Positions 24,669 through 34,926 of a DNA stretch of 60,270 nucleotides are shown here, in pieces. This DNA is from a virus. Both the position numbers and the translations under genes were made by a program. The DNA lies in UHGV virus genome UHGV-0335561, one strand, 5' to 3'. The notes beneath the pieces were generated by a model, which saw nothing but the letters and a program-made list of their open reading frames with translations, had not been told where the DNA came from and did no database searches. Every line of letters starts with the position of its first letter. The first letter of the stretch is position 1.

Positions 24669-25385
24669 TTATCCGGCGGCTGCGCTCACTGTCACGGTGC
24701 ATTCAACAGACGTCACACTCTGTGCTTTCTCTGCCGAATCGGTCACCACGCAGGTATATTTCCCCGCATCAGCGGACTGCGCACCTGGCTTACTGAAGGT
24801 GTCTGTCGTCTGCCCGTCAACCGGCTGACCATCCTTCTTCCAGGCGTATTTATACGGCGGCGTTCCCCCGTTGGCACTGACTGACATTGTCAGCAGCGCA
24901 CCTGTATTCACGGTAAGTGTTTTATCCAGATTTTTCACAAACGCCAGCGGTACCACAAAGGACACCGGTTTGCCTTTCATACGCAGTGAAAACGTTGCTG
25001 CCACCACGCCGTTGGTACCGGATGACCAGGTGTGCTGACGCACTTCCGCCAGGAACTTAAAGCCCTTACCGGACGGAAACAGCACCTTAAACGCATACAA
25101 CGCGTCATTGTCATAGGCATCACGCAGGGCGTTCTGGGCCTGATTCAGATAAAAATTACCCGACATGGAAATCTCAGACGACGCCCCCAGACCGTTGATG
25201 TTCTCCTGCTCGGTGGAGCAGAGCGTGGTCACATCAATATCCTGTTTCTGACCAGCGGTGAACTGGACTTCCTTGATGGTGCAGTCCAGGCGCAGATATT
25301 CCGCCTTATCCATAGTTTCAGCAGTCGCCGGGGCAGATGAAATCATCACCTGCGTCAGCTGTGAGCGTTCATACAAAGCAGACAT
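24669..25385 (-). CDS. major tail protein with C-terminal Ig-like (Big_2-type) domain
   Basis: 238 aa; C-terminal ...KYAWKKDGQPVDGQTTDTFSKPGAQSADAGKYTCVVTD... Ig-like fold signature. Confidence 0.85.
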   Translation of the reverse strand: MSALYERSQLTQVMISSAPATAETMDKAEYLRLDCTIKEVQFTAGQKQDIDVTTLCSTEQENINGLGASSEISMSGNFYLNQAQNALRDAYDNDALYAFKVLFPSGKGFKFLAEVRQHTWSSGTNGVVAATFSLRMKGKPVSFVVPLAFVKNLDKTLTVNTGALLTMSVSANGGTPPYKYAWKKDGQPVDGQTTDTFSKPGAQSADAGKYTCVVTDSAEKAQSVTSVECTVTVSAAAG

Positions 25386-25451
25386 TCTGCCTCCTGATAA
25401 TAAAAAACCCGCACGCGGCGGGGTATGGGTTTTGTAGAAAAAAAGAAAAAG

Positions 25452-25796
25452 TCACACCGTGACCTGAAACTCCAGGGTTGCACGGTAACAGCGGTTTTCC
25501 GGAATATAGTCCTGCATTTCACTGACGGATCCCGGGGCCAGCAGCATTATGGCTTCACGGGCGTCCTGACGTATCTGACGCGCCTGCGTCACAGTCCCGG
25601 CATAAACGTCTATCTGCACCGACACTGAGGACTCCGCCTGCCCGCCCATCACGTCCGCAGACACCGATGAAATCAGGCTGAAAACCACCCACGGAAGCGC
25701 CACCGACGGCCTGCCATCCAGCAGGGGGACCACATACGGGTACACCTGCCCGCCGGCAAGATGCGCCAGATGAGGATACAAATCCGCCTCCGTCAT
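25452..25796 (-). CDS. tail terminator / tail completion protein (putative)
   Basis: 114 aa between the HK97 gp10-like gene and the major tail gene; start overlaps upstream stop. Confidence 0.6.
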   Translation of the reverse strand: MTEADLYPHLAHLAGGQVYPYVVPLLDGRPSVALPWVVFSLISSVSADVMGGQAESSVSVQIDVYAGTVTQARQIRQDAREAIMLLAPGSVSEMQDYIPENRCYRATLEFQVTV

Positions 25797-26239
25797 CGTC
25801 TCAGTACCTCATCAATGGCCCGGTTCATCCGCGCAATCGCCACCTGAGCTGCCTGTTCACTGCGCACATCAAACGCCGGGCGCACAAACGGGTGCGGTGG
25901 CATATTCACGGTCCCCATTTCCACAAACCGCCAGTAGAAAGCATTGCGCGGGTTATCCGCCTTCATGGTGTTATCGCTGTTACCGGTGTCCGGATTAACA
26001 CCACGGATATGGACACCGGATTCCATCCCGCCATCGCGGGAGCGCCGGGAAAGGACCACCACATTGCGGCGCAGTTTTCCCCTGCGTACCGGTGCCCGTG
26101 ACACCACTTCTTCTTTCAGCACATTCGCACCCGCACGGGTTGCCTCACGCAGCACCCGGTTATTTTCCGCACCACTCAGAAGCTGCAAATCGCGGCTGAT
26201 GTCCTCCAGCCCCGAAAAATCCAGCAGGGTTTCGATCAT
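25793..26239 (-). CDS. HK97 gp10-family tail component
   Basis: 148 aa; position and family resemblance. Confidence 0.65.
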   Translation of the reverse strand: MIETLLDFSGLEDISRDLQLLSGAENNRVLREATRAGANVLKEEVVSRAPVRRGKLRRNVVVLSRRSRDGGMESGVHIRGVNPDTGNSDNTMKADNPRNAFYWRFVEMGTVNMPPHPFVRPAFDVRSEQAAQVAIARMNRAIDEVLRR

Positions 26240-26586
26240 TTTTCCCCTCCCAGCCGACAGAGAATTTCCAGACGCCCGCCGGTCGCATCCGGCACGGGCA
26301 GCCCGACAACGTTCAGGATCCGGTCACGCCATGGACCACTCAGCACATGAAGTCGTGACGCTGCCGTGATTTCCCGACCGGACTGACCGCGCACCCAGAT
26401 GCGGATTTCCGCCTGCGCCATTTCCGCACCGGACTGCATCCGCTCCCGGCTGCTCCTGCCTCGGATATCCGCATGAATTTTCCCGCATGACACCCATTCT
26501 TCCGTCATTTCTCCGGCAGCGTTACGGGTTAACACCGGGTTCAGAACACTTATCATCTGTGTCAGACGACCTGCAGATATTGCCAT
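26236..26586 (-). CDS. head-tail adaptor / head closure protein
   Basis: 116 aa; overlapping-stop coupling in the head-tail joining block. Confidence 0.65.
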   Translation of the reverse strand: MAISAGRLTQMISVLNPVLTRNAAGEMTEEWVSCGKIHADIRGRSSRERMQSGAEMAQAEIRIWVRGQSGREITAASRLHVLSGPWRDRILNVVGLPVPDATGGRLEILCRLGGEK

Positions 26587-26595
26587 TCCCCCTCC

Positions 26596-26922
26596 TCATA
26601 ACACCGTCGGACAACGCAAATCGTAAATCAGCACGGAAACAGAAAACGGCAGCTCCCCCTGAAGCAGTTCTTCCCGCTCCGCAAGATCCGGATTCCGGTA
26701 CAGCATCCCGGTCAGTCGCATGGCAGCCCCCTTCATCCGGGTTAATGCCTCGCCCGGGATCAGTTCACCGTCCTCACGGATCACTTTATCCCGGCTGCCC
26801 TGAATGTAGGCCAGCAGCACGGCGGTAGCCTGACGAACCTTGTCCATCAGCATGTCATCATCCGCGTCATGGTCGACACGCAGATGTGCCTTGATCTCTT
26901 CCAGTGTCAGTAATGCCGTCAT
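26596..26922 (-). CDS. gp6-like head-tail connector protein
   Basis: 108 aa MTALLTLEEIKAHLRVDHDADDDMLMDK...; start overlaps portal stop. Confidence 0.7.
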   Translation of the reverse strand: MTALLTLEEIKAHLRVDHDADDDMLMDKVRQATAVLLAYIQGSRDKVIREDGELIPGEALTRMKGAAMRLTGMLYRNPDLAEREELLQGELPFSVSVLIYDLRCPTVL

Positions 26923-29180
26923 TTTCCGCCTCCTGCATCCCGCCCACGTTTTGCAGCCAGGGTCCAGGCTGATGAATGAGCTTCTCCGGGTTTATCTTCG
27001 GTCATACTGTTGCAGTGCCACAGCGAGCCCCCCCACGTCACCGTATCGCCGGGGTGGTAGGTTTCACCGGCTCTGAACACACCGCGGTAGAGCATCACCG
27101 GCAGGGAAAATGTTTTTTCCGTACGCTGGCCACTGCTCTGCCGGACCACCACAGAGAACAACCGCTCACCCGTCATGCTGACGTCAATATCCGCCACCCC
27201 GTCAACCAGGCATTCCCATCCCCGCATCCCGTGCGTTTTTTCATACGCCCGCCAGAGTCCGCCCTGGTGTGTGGCATACGTGCCCCGGGGAAAGGATTTT
27301 TGATCGTCAATGGCGGGGAGTATTTCCAGAGCCGTGGCATCACGCCCGTCCTGCGGAGCCGGCAGGGCACTCACCGCATCCAGAACCGCCTTCTGCAGAA
27401 CATCCGGATCGTAGTCACGACCATCACGCGGAACATGAATATGGCTTACCGCCTCCTTCACCATCTGTTCAAGCATCGGACGCACATCATCCGGGGTGAG
27501 ACTTTTACCGTCCGCCGGCTGCGGAATATTTGCGACCGCATCATTCACCGCCTGCTGCAGTACATCCGGATCATAATCACGACCATCACGCGGTACCGGA
27601 ATGGCCCCCACAGCGTCATCCACCATCGCCTGCAGAACCGGACGCACCTCATCCACCGTCACATGCTTCTGTAATACCGCCGACAGGGAAGTCAGTTTCT
27701 CTTCAAACGCTTGTGCCTGCGAGGCCATCTTCCCCTCAAATGTGCGCTGTAAATCCGCCAGCACTGTGGAGAATTCTTCTCCCAGTGCACGAATAATGGA
27801 CAGTTCCCGTTCCGTCATTTTCTCAGTATCCCCCCTGAACATCGCTTTCACCGCATCATGCTCTGTTTCACTGATTGCCTTATTACCGTCAGATGCGCCG
27901 TCAGGCAGCTGTGATGAAACTGTTTTCCCGGCAGACGCGAACGGATCCTCACGGGCATCACGACGGGACAGCGCCTCCAGACTGTAGTTCTGCTGCTGAA
28001 GATACAGTGCATCACCGCCGGCCAGGGGCGGCAGGTTCTCCCGTTTACGGGCCTCATTGGGCGTGAGAAGCGTATTTTTCACCGCATCCCCCAGCGTTTT
28101 CATGCGCCGCTCACTGTCCATTCTCAGCAGCGTGGTGACATCAAATTCTGTACTCTCGTTTTCCCCCGTTTCCAGCGCCTCATCCAGTAACAGTTCAATG
28201 GACTCAATCAGCGTCTGCAGGCACTGGGAATAATACTGCTGCTCCAGCGCCTCCACGTTGTCACTGGAAGGCGGTTGTCCCACGCCAATCTTGTAGGCCG
28301 GGACACGGAACACCGAACAGACAATTTCAGCGGTCATCTTCAGTTGTTCCACCGTCTGCGCATCCACAGGTGAAAACGTCGTGGGGTTGTATTTTGCCCC
28401 GTTGCTCAGAATGGCCGTTTTCCCCGCATTTTCGCCTGTATACCCGCTGTCCCAGTTGCTCTTCAGTTTTTTCGCATTTTCTTCCGTAATACTGCCGGGG
28501 ATCTCAATCACCCCGGACGGCCTGCCGCCATTTCTGAAAAAAGACGTCGAATTTTCCTGAATATGATGCCCCTGCGTGGCCGCCAGCCCGGCGGCATACA
28601 CCGGCGGCAATCCTATAAGCGGATGAAAAAAACAGTTAAACCGGTCGTGGATCACTTCCCGGGCAGGCACCGTCACCGCCTCCGTGATCCCGCAGTTCCG
28701 GTCCGGCGTGATGCGGTAGAACACCTCGCCGTCATCCGCCACCAGAGGTTCAACCCGGCTCCAGTCCAGAATACGCAGTTCTTTGATCTGCCCCCGGGCA
28801 TTACGGATTTTCAGCACCACCGTATTGCCATGACGCAGTTTGGCGTTCAGCCACAGTTCAAAAAACTGGATGCGGTTCTGCTGGGCGTTGGGACGACGAC
28901 AGAGGCGGGCAATATCCCCCCGGCGCGTTTCCCTGCGTATCCCATGCGCATCCGTCTGCATAAGACGCAGCCGCATTTTGGCGATATCCTGGGATATCAG
29001 CGAAATACATGCAAACACCGCATGAAAGGAGAGGACGGCTTCAGGATCGGCTTTCACGCCCTGCTGCCAGGCGCCGGAAAAGGGCTCAGCCACCGCCTGA
29101 AACAGGCTGGTCCAGCCCGCCTCTCTTACGTCACGTCCTGATTTCTGGTTTTTTCGGGTTCGCCGTAAAAGGTTCCACAT
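26919..29180 (-). CDS. portal protein (HK97 family) with long repeat-containing C-terminal extension
   Basis: 753 aa; N-terminal 450 aa portal-like; C-terminus has repeated VPRDGRDYDPDVLQ.AV.DAV units. Confidence 0.85.
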   Translation of the reverse strand: MWNLLRRTRKNQKSGRDVREAGWTSLFQAVAEPFSGAWQQGVKADPEAVLSFHAVFACISLISQDIAKMRLRLMQTDAHGIRRETRRGDIARLCRRPNAQQNRIQFFELWLNAKLRHGNTVVLKIRNARGQIKELRILDWSRVEPLVADDGEVFYRITPDRNCGITEAVTVPAREVIHDRFNCFFHPLIGLPPVYAAGLAATQGHHIQENSTSFFRNGGRPSGVIEIPGSITEENAKKLKSNWDSGYTGENAGKTAILSNGAKYNPTTFSPVDAQTVEQLKMTAEIVCSVFRVPAYKIGVGQPPSSDNVEALEQQYYSQCLQTLIESIELLLDEALETGENESTEFDVTTLLRMDSERRMKTLGDAVKNTLLTPNEARKRENLPPLAGGDALYLQQQNYSLEALSRRDAREDPFASAGKTVSSQLPDGASDGNKAISETEHDAVKAMFRGDTEKMTERELSIIRALGEEFSTVLADLQRTFEGKMASQAQAFEEKLTSLSAVLQKHVTVDEVRPVLQAMVDDAVGAIPVPRDGRDYDPDVLQQAVNDAVANIPQPADGKSLTPDDVRPMLEQMVKEAVSHIHVPRDGRDYDPDVLQKAVLDAVSALPAPQDGRDATALEILPAIDDQKSFPRGTYATHQGGLWRAYEKTHGMRGWECLVDGVADIDVSMTGERLFSVVVRQSSGQRTEKTFSLPVMLYRGVFRAGETYHPGDTVTWGGSLWHCNSMTEDKPGEAHSSAWTLAAKRGRDAGGGK
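27300..27720. repeat. imperfect tandem repeat of about 126 bp (2-3 copies) inside the portal gene 3' region
   Basis: Repeated nucleotide blocks ...catccggatc(g/a)ta(g/a)tcacgaccatcacgcgg...; protein repeats HVPRDGRDYDPDVLQ. Confidence 0.7.
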
Positions 29181-29391
29181 TCGCCATGCTCCGCATCACG
29201 TTTCTTTTTCTGACCTGCCGGACGTCGCACCGTGATGTACTCCGCCTTTCCCAGGCGAACCAGCACCTCCGCACACGGCTGTGCCACATCACGGATATCC
29301 CCGGCCCGGGCATCATGCGTGCCCTGCAGATATCGGATCTTTGCCATAACCTGTTACGGGAGGCGCACGCCTCCCGTCCTCCTTATCAGAC

Positions 29392-31329
29392 TCAGCCGCC
29401 GGACGCACTGCCGTAGTTCACTCCGGTGATCACCGCCACCGCCGCAGTACGGCGACGACGCCAGTTGATCCAGCGCTCCGCACGGATGGCCACGCTGCCT
29501 GTCTGGAACATGGAAACCAGCTCCACCGGGGACGGCGTGGTACTGTCGCCGGTCGGCTCAGACTGCATTTCCAGTGATGCCTCGCGGGACATATCCACTG
29601 CCACGCCGCCGTCATCCGCCAGATAAATATCCGGGGCATTCACCAGCACCAGCTGGTCACCCACGTACTGGGAGACAATCACCGGCAGCCCCTGGAAGGA
29701 GCCACCCAGCAGGGTCATGTCCGGGTATTCCTTCTGACCCAGCGCATTTTTACGCATGGACAGTGCCAGGGCATTGGTGCTGGACATCAGCCAGACCGCA
29801 CCGGTGGGCTGCAGGTTTGCTGCCACAAACTGTCCAAACGCAGCCTCTGCATCCGCATCCGGGTTACCGGTTGATGCCGTGCCCTTCACATCATGGGTGA
29901 TGGACGCCGGGGAGACATCTGCCACTGCGGCTTTTTTCGGGTCCACAAAGTCTGTATCCAGACGCGCCACCACCGCTTCCGCCAGCGCATTACGGACCAG
30001 TGCATCAGCAGCCGGACTGGAAAAACGGATCAATTCTTCCGTCAGTACCGCAATGGCCGACACCTTCGCATGACTGAAGGTGATGGATTCAAAATCAAAC
30101 TTCGTCAGGGGTTTTGCCTTACCCTCACCCACCCAGCCGGCAGCACCGCCGGACACCTGGGCGTGCACACGGATATTGAATGGCACCTGACGAAGTGCAG
30201 GGATCCCGCCCTGACCAAATCGCCCGATAATGGTCTGCGGACGCAGGTAATCAATAAAGTCCTGTGCGTATTCCTGATATTCAGACAGGCTGCCTGCCCA
30301 CTGCGGATCCGTGGTGGTCCCCGCGCCCACTGCCGATTTCAGGACATGATGCAGACGACTGTCATCCGGATACTGACGACGGGCCACTTCCAGGGCTTCA
30401 GATCGGACGCCTTTAGCCGCAGCCAGCGATTTGGCAAAGCGGGCGAAGCCAATCCCCTTATCCAGTTTCTGCTCCACACGGATCACCGGCGCAGAAGCCA
30501 CCGCGGCCACATTCCCGTTACCGGCCTGTTTCACCGGCTGCGCCGTGGCGGCCTTACCGGCTTCCAGTTCACGCAGGCGCTTCAGGTGCGCATCCACCTG
30601 ACGGATTTCCGCTGCGGTGTTGTCGTAATGCTCTTCCTCCTCCACATCCAGCGTGCGCCCTTCCTCTGCGGCTTTGGTCATGACCTCCTCAAGGGAGGCT
30701 GCCAGCGCTGCACGCTTGTTTTCAAAACTTTTAATCTGTTCGCCAATATTCATTATGGTCTTTTCCTTATGAAAAACGGTTGTTGACTGTGCCGCAGCGC
30801 CGGCAGAAGATGCGATTTTCACCACCGGTTTCCGGTTGCCGGACGCGGCAGAAAACGGGCGGTCGTAAGATTTAATGGTCCGGATGGTGCATTCCGCATT
30901 CGCGGGCACGGTGACGGCAGACACCTCCATCAGTTCCCAGCGCAGAAAATGCAGTCCGCCTCCGTCCAGAAAGGTGTATTCATGGGGACGGAAGCCCACG
31001 GACAGCCCCCTGACCAGCCCGGTCTTAATGGCCGCCCAGACCTCATCCAGCCGGGCAGCCAGTTGCGACGGCATATCCGGTACGGGCTTCACCAGTGTTG
31101 CCGTGATTTCCAGCCCTTCGCTGACCCGGCGCACCGTACACTGCCCCACCGGGCGGGAATGGTCATGCTGCCAGAGAAACGGGATCGCACTGCCAAACTC
31201 CGCGCCCTCCGGCTCCAGGATGTCACCATCCCGATCCGGAGAAGGCGTTGACGCAATCCCGGTGATCACCCGTTCATCCTCACTGAAGGATTTCACCGTC
31301 AGCAGGGAACAGGCCCGTTTAAGAGTCAC
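29392..31329 (-). CDS. prohead protease - major capsid protein fusion (HK97 family)
   Basis: 645 aa; N-terminal GIASTPSPDRDGDIL protease motif, coiled-coil delta region, then capsid domain. Confidence 0.85.
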   Translation of the reverse strand: MTLKRACSLLTVKSFSEDERVITGIASTPSPDRDGDILEPEGAEFGSAIPFLWQHDHSRPVGQCTVRRVSEGLEITATLVKPVPDMPSQLAARLDEVWAAIKTGLVRGLSVGFRPHEYTFLDGGGLHFLRWELMEVSAVTVPANAECTIRTIKSYDRPFSAASGNRKPVVKIASSAGAAAQSTTVFHKEKTIMNIGEQIKSFENKRAALAASLEEVMTKAAEEGRTLDVEEEEHYDNTAAEIRQVDAHLKRLRELEAGKAATAQPVKQAGNGNVAAVASAPVIRVEQKLDKGIGFARFAKSLAAAKGVRSEALEVARRQYPDDSRLHHVLKSAVGAGTTTDPQWAGSLSEYQEYAQDFIDYLRPQTIIGRFGQGGIPALRQVPFNIRVHAQVSGGAAGWVGEGKAKPLTKFDFESITFSHAKVSAIAVLTEELIRFSSPAADALVRNALAEAVVARLDTDFVDPKKAAVADVSPASITHDVKGTASTGNPDADAEAAFGQFVAANLQPTGAVWLMSSTNALALSMRKNALGQKEYPDMTLLGGSFQGLPVIVSQYVGDQLVLVNAPDIYLADDGGVAVDMSREASLEMQSEPTGDSTTPSPVELVSMFQTGSVAIRAERWINWRRRRTAAVAVITGVNYGSASGG

Positions 31330-31392
31330 ATCAGCCTCCTGAAAATAAAAAAACCGCCGGAGCGGTTCGTGATGGTTACAGTGTGAACAGGG

Positions 31393-33054
31393 TTATATGA
31401 AAAAAACCGCATATTCTTTCTTTTTCGGTTCCGGGTTAAGGGACATCAGGGAGACCGCATTGAACAGCGCCATCAGCGGGTCAATTTTTCCCCGTCCACT
31501 GGCCTGTTTGGTGATAAGAATGGCGTTACCTTTAGGCTCCACCCGGGCATTGCCGACACACCAGGCCATCAGGGGCTGGTCACCATGCACCAGCACCCCT
31601 TCAGCCAGTTTGCGCTCGGTGGTTTTAATGGCCCCGCCCAGTTTCCAGCCCTGGCTTATCCCCACCACAATTCCGTCGGGGATCCCGGCTTCCGCCAGTG
31701 AATCCAGAATCTGCCCCACCCCTGACGGGTCAATACCGATATGGTCCAGTAACTCAGCCTCATGAATGCGACGCACATATTCCGCCACTTCCGCCGTGTC
31801 ATCCCCGACACGCCGGACAATGGTCATATCTCCACAGGCAACAAGATCCTGAAACCGGGACGCCTCGCTCTTCCGTCGGACCACCGCGGTTTCATGCGCC
31901 CAGGCATGGCCCCAGCCCAGCCATTCGCGGGTCTCCCGGTCACGCCCAATCACATACATCCCCAGCAGATCATCCAGCCCTCCGCCGTCAATCCCCACCG
32001 TCACCACATCAGCACGACGCAGGATATCGTCCAGGCTGATACAACGGCCCTGCTCTTCCCAGAAATCAGCCCCCGCCCAGCGGTCAGAGCGCAGGGCAAG
32101 ACCAATTTCCACATTGGCGTGTTTTGACATGAACCCCCGGAATGTCTCTTCACCGGCTTCCCGGGCTTTACGGTACTCCCGGTACAGAAAGGCCTCATCC
32201 ACTGAATAGCCGAGATTCGGATTGACCATGGCGAGGTTTTCCATCAGCAGGTTAGTCCCGCTTTCCACCATTTCAGGAGGGTGTTCAAATATCACCGGCA
32301 GAAAGTGCGGATCATGAATTTTGCCGTCGCGCACATCCCGGGCGTACTGCAGTTTCTGTCTGAACACCCCGGCGGGCGGTTCATTCGACTGGGTGGTCGT
32401 ATACACCACAAACCCTTCCGGGCGGGAGGCAAGGCCGCCTATGGCTTCACGTAACATGTCCTCCGCCTTGCACTGCTTGCCAAACAGCCACAACTCATCA
32501 ATCAGCGTACCCACGGACTTGATACCGGACACCGTATTCGGATCGGCTGCCACCACCTTCAGGGTGGTGTCCGTCACTCGGTGGGTGATGGTCCGGATAT
32601 GGGTCTGTACCTGGCAGAGGTCATCCAGATCATCGTCACGTCGTACCATATCCCGGGCAGGGTTGAAGGCGTTGGCCGCCACCTCCACAGTCGGGGCCAG
32701 AATCGTGTAACCCGCCGCCTGCCGCCAGTTCAGTAACAGTGCAGTCATCATGATCCCCGCGGCCAGCGTGGACTTCGAGTTTTTCTTGGGGATAAGGATA
32801 AAAACTTCCTTGATATGGCGTACACCGGTCTGCGCATCGTAGGAGCCAAACAGGGCCGCCACCAGGTCAAACACCCACGGTGCACAGGACTCCCCGAACG
32901 TAGGGCTACCAGGTGCATCCACAATCCGCAGTTGTTTAAAAATCGCCAGGGCATGTGCGGCCTCGTCCGGATAAATCGGATCCGGAATAATCGACAGCCC
33001 CTTTTTCAGGCGCTCTGCCCAGTCCGGGCAGGCTGTGCTCCATACAGGTATCAT
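31393..33054 (-). CDS. terminase large subunit
   Basis: 553 aa; Walker A-like PKKNSKST; follows TerS with 4-bp overlap. Confidence 0.9.
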   Translation of the reverse strand: MIPVWSTACPDWAERLKKGLSIIPDPIYPDEAAHALAIFKQLRIVDAPGSPTFGESCAPWVFDLVAALFGSYDAQTGVRHIKEVFILIPKKNSKSTLAAGIMMTALLLNWRQAAGYTILAPTVEVAANAFNPARDMVRRDDDLDDLCQVQTHIRTITHRVTDTTLKVVAADPNTVSGIKSVGTLIDELWLFGKQCKAEDMLREAIGGLASRPEGFVVYTTTQSNEPPAGVFRQKLQYARDVRDGKIHDPHFLPVIFEHPPEMVESGTNLLMENLAMVNPNLGYSVDEAFLYREYRKAREAGEETFRGFMSKHANVEIGLALRSDRWAGADFWEEQGRCISLDDILRRADVVTVGIDGGGLDDLLGMYVIGRDRETREWLGWGHAWAHETAVVRRKSEASRFQDLVACGDMTIVRRVGDDTAEVAEYVRRIHEAELLDHIGIDPSGVGQILDSLAEAGIPDGIVVGISQGWKLGGAIKTTERKLAEGVLVHGDQPLMAWCVGNARVEPKGNAILITKQASGRGKIDPLMALFNAVSLMSLNPEPKKKEYAVFFI

Positions 33055-33614
33055 CCGTTGCCCTCATTATCGTTATTCACCACCAGTCGGGGGGGCGGTG
33101 GCACCGCAAAACGGTTAGCCGCTTTTTTCGCGGCATCACCTTTTGCCGATTTTTTCCCGGTATCCCCTTTTTTATGGTGCGTGAACTGCGCCAGACGCCA
33201 GGCCGCATCCAGTGCCAGTTTCGGATCAATGCAGAGGTTTTCCACCAGGATCCGCCCCATGGCTTTCACCGGATCGGGAAGACCATCCTCCATATATTCA
33301 ATACCAGGAGACATCACCGCGGACGGTGGCATCTCCAGATTGTTTTCGTCCGGCTGTGGTATTGCAGCCGCCTCACGGCGACGGGGTTTATCCTCCTGCT
33401 CTGATTTTTTCTGCCGGTAAACAGGAACCTCATCCACCTCCACCGTCTCGCATTGTTTACGGGCTATAAACGCAAGCACCTCAGGATCTTTTGCCAGCTG
33501 CGAGCCTTTAACCCTGGCGGTCTTCGCCGAATAACCGGCGGCAATGGCTGACGCTGTTTTGTTTTTCCCGGACATGAGCGCCAGCGCAAATTTTCGTTTT
33601 TGCGTTGTCAGCAC
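33051..33614 (-). CDS. terminase small subunit
   Basis: 187 aa with N-terminal HTH-like region (ASAIAAGYSAKTARVKGSQL). Confidence 0.8.
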   Translation of the reverse strand: MLTTQKRKFALALMSGKNKTASAIAAGYSAKTARVKGSQLAKDPEVLAFIARKQCETVEVDEVPVYRQKKSEQEDKPRRREAAAIPQPDENNLEMPPSAVMSPGIEYMEDGLPDPVKAMGRILVENLCIDPKLALDAAWRLAQFTHHKKGDTGKKSAKGDAAKKAANRFAVPPPPRLVVNNDNEGNG

Positions 33615-33679
33615 AGCCTCCTCCCGGGTCCAGAACGCACTCAGCCGGGTATGGTTCAGCCCATTTTTCCCGGCGTCTC

Positions 33680-33820
33680 ATGCCGCAAATGTTAACTGCT
33701 GCCTGGTTAACATTTGCTGAAAAAGCCTGTTAACATTTTTTCCGCACAACAAACTGAATAATAAAGATAAAAACCGCAAAAATGCCCGGGCAGCCAGTTA
33801 ACATGTTAACTGCCCTGAAA
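33680..33820. repeat. cluster of GTTAAC(AT)-containing direct and inverted repeats upstream of TerS (putative cos/terminase-binding region)
   Basis: caaatGTTAACtgctgcctgGTTAACatttg, cctGTTAACat, cagttaacatGTTAACtg. Confidence 0.5.
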
Positions 33821-33904
33821 CGGGAATTTTTTCTCTGCGTGAGAGGGGGCGCGGTGTCCAAAGCGATCGTTTTTTACGCCGGATGATACCCCCCCCGGGT
33901 TGGG

Positions 33905-34270
33905 TTACAGTCCGATGATGTCGTCCTCTCTGCCACTACCTCCGGACACCTCCGGCAGCGTCGGGTCCGGCATACCACTCGCCGCTTCACGAGCAGACTT
34001 TTGTCGATGGCATTCGGCACAGAGCGTCCAAAGATTCGTCTCCTCATTACCACCACCGAACTGAAGTGCAATTCGGTGATCGAGTTCACTGTCACAGAGG
34101 TCAACCACACGACCACAGATACAGCACTGCCCGGCGTCCCTCAGCCAGATATGACGCTTGAGGGAAACACGTGCACTGCCACTGACACGACGCTGCTCCC
34201 CCTTCAGAATATTCACCCGTCGGGTATTCAGTGTTTTGATTCTGCTCTGGAGTGTACGAAGCTCAGCCAT
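33905..34270 (-). CDS. HNH endonuclease (terminase-associated)
   Basis: 121 aa; CxxC...H...N...CxxCH HNH motif (CCICGR...LDHRIAL...CAECHRQK). Confidence 0.88.
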   Translation of the reverse strand: MAELRTLQSRIKTLNTRRVNILKGEQRRVSGSARVSLKRHIWLRDAGQCCICGRVVDLCDSELDHRIALQFGGGNEETNLWTLCAECHRQKSAREAASGMPDPTLPEVSGGSGREDDIIGL

Positions 34271-34311
34271 GTAAAATCCCCGTCATATGGCAATCAGTAA
34301 AGGAAATAAAT

Positions 34312-34512
34312 ATGTCATCGAAAAACCGGACCCGCAGAACCACAACCCGCAATATCCGTTTCCCCAATCACATAATTGAACAGATCAACATCGCCCTTGA
34401 GCATAAAGGGTCCGGTAACTTTTCAGCGTGGGTTATTGAAGCCTGCAGGAGAAGGCTGGCAACAGATGCAACGCATCTGCGCCCGGCCAGCATGACAAAT
34501 AACGAGAAATGA
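34312..34512 (+). CDS. YlcI-like small prophage protein (DUF3950-like)
   Basis: MSSKNRTRRTTTRNIRFPNHIIEQINIALEHKGSGNFSAWVIEACRRRL...; AAGGAAAT RBS. Confidence 0.65.
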   Translation: MSSKNRTRRTTTRNIRFPNHIIEQINIALEHKGSGNFSAWVIEACRRRLATDATHLRPASMTNNEK

Positions 34513-34710
34513 ACGTTCGGTTTCTTCCACCATCGCACCGGACAGGCGACTATGAGGGGACAACGCCGCGCTCCGTTAACGCGGTAAACCCCGGTGTGTA
34601 TCGTTTTTGATTATCCCCGCACACTCGCGCAGAGGAGTCTCCCTGTCGGGCTGCGGTCTCTGTTAATGCAGGAATACGGCGACAATACCGCGCATGGATA
34701 ATAAGGTCGC

Positions 34711-34926
34711 TCAACACACTGGCTGTAATACCATGCGGCATTTAGCGGCATTCATCGTACACTCCACGGTTAGCTCTTCATTCGTGGCATTCACCTGAAA
34801 GGTCCGGGAGTGTAATTGCGTACATTTACCACTGAACGAACCTTCAACAAGAACACGACCACGCTGCAAAATACGGAACGGAATTGTTCCCTGAAAAGGT
34901 TCTACGGTTACCCGTAATTTCTTCAT
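34711..34926 (-). CDS. hypothetical Cys-containing 71-aa protein
   Basis: Start overlaps Rz stop (ATGA); no family recognised. Confidence 0.45.
   Translation of the reverse strand: MKKLRVTVEPFQGTIPFRILQRGRVLVEGSFSGKCTQLHSRTFQVNATNEELTVECTMNAAKCRMVLQPVC

Noticed and set aside
27300-27720. Tandem repeats as a CRISPR array
   Set aside because: The repeats are about 126 bp, imperfect, coding (in frame within the portal gene) and lack spacer structure or cas genes.
26976-30786. + strand ORFs (232 aa, 297 aa and several smaller) opposite the portal and protease-capsid genes
   Set aside because: Antisense shadow ORFs rich in His/Arg/Pro, typical of the reverse frame of a GC-rich coding region.
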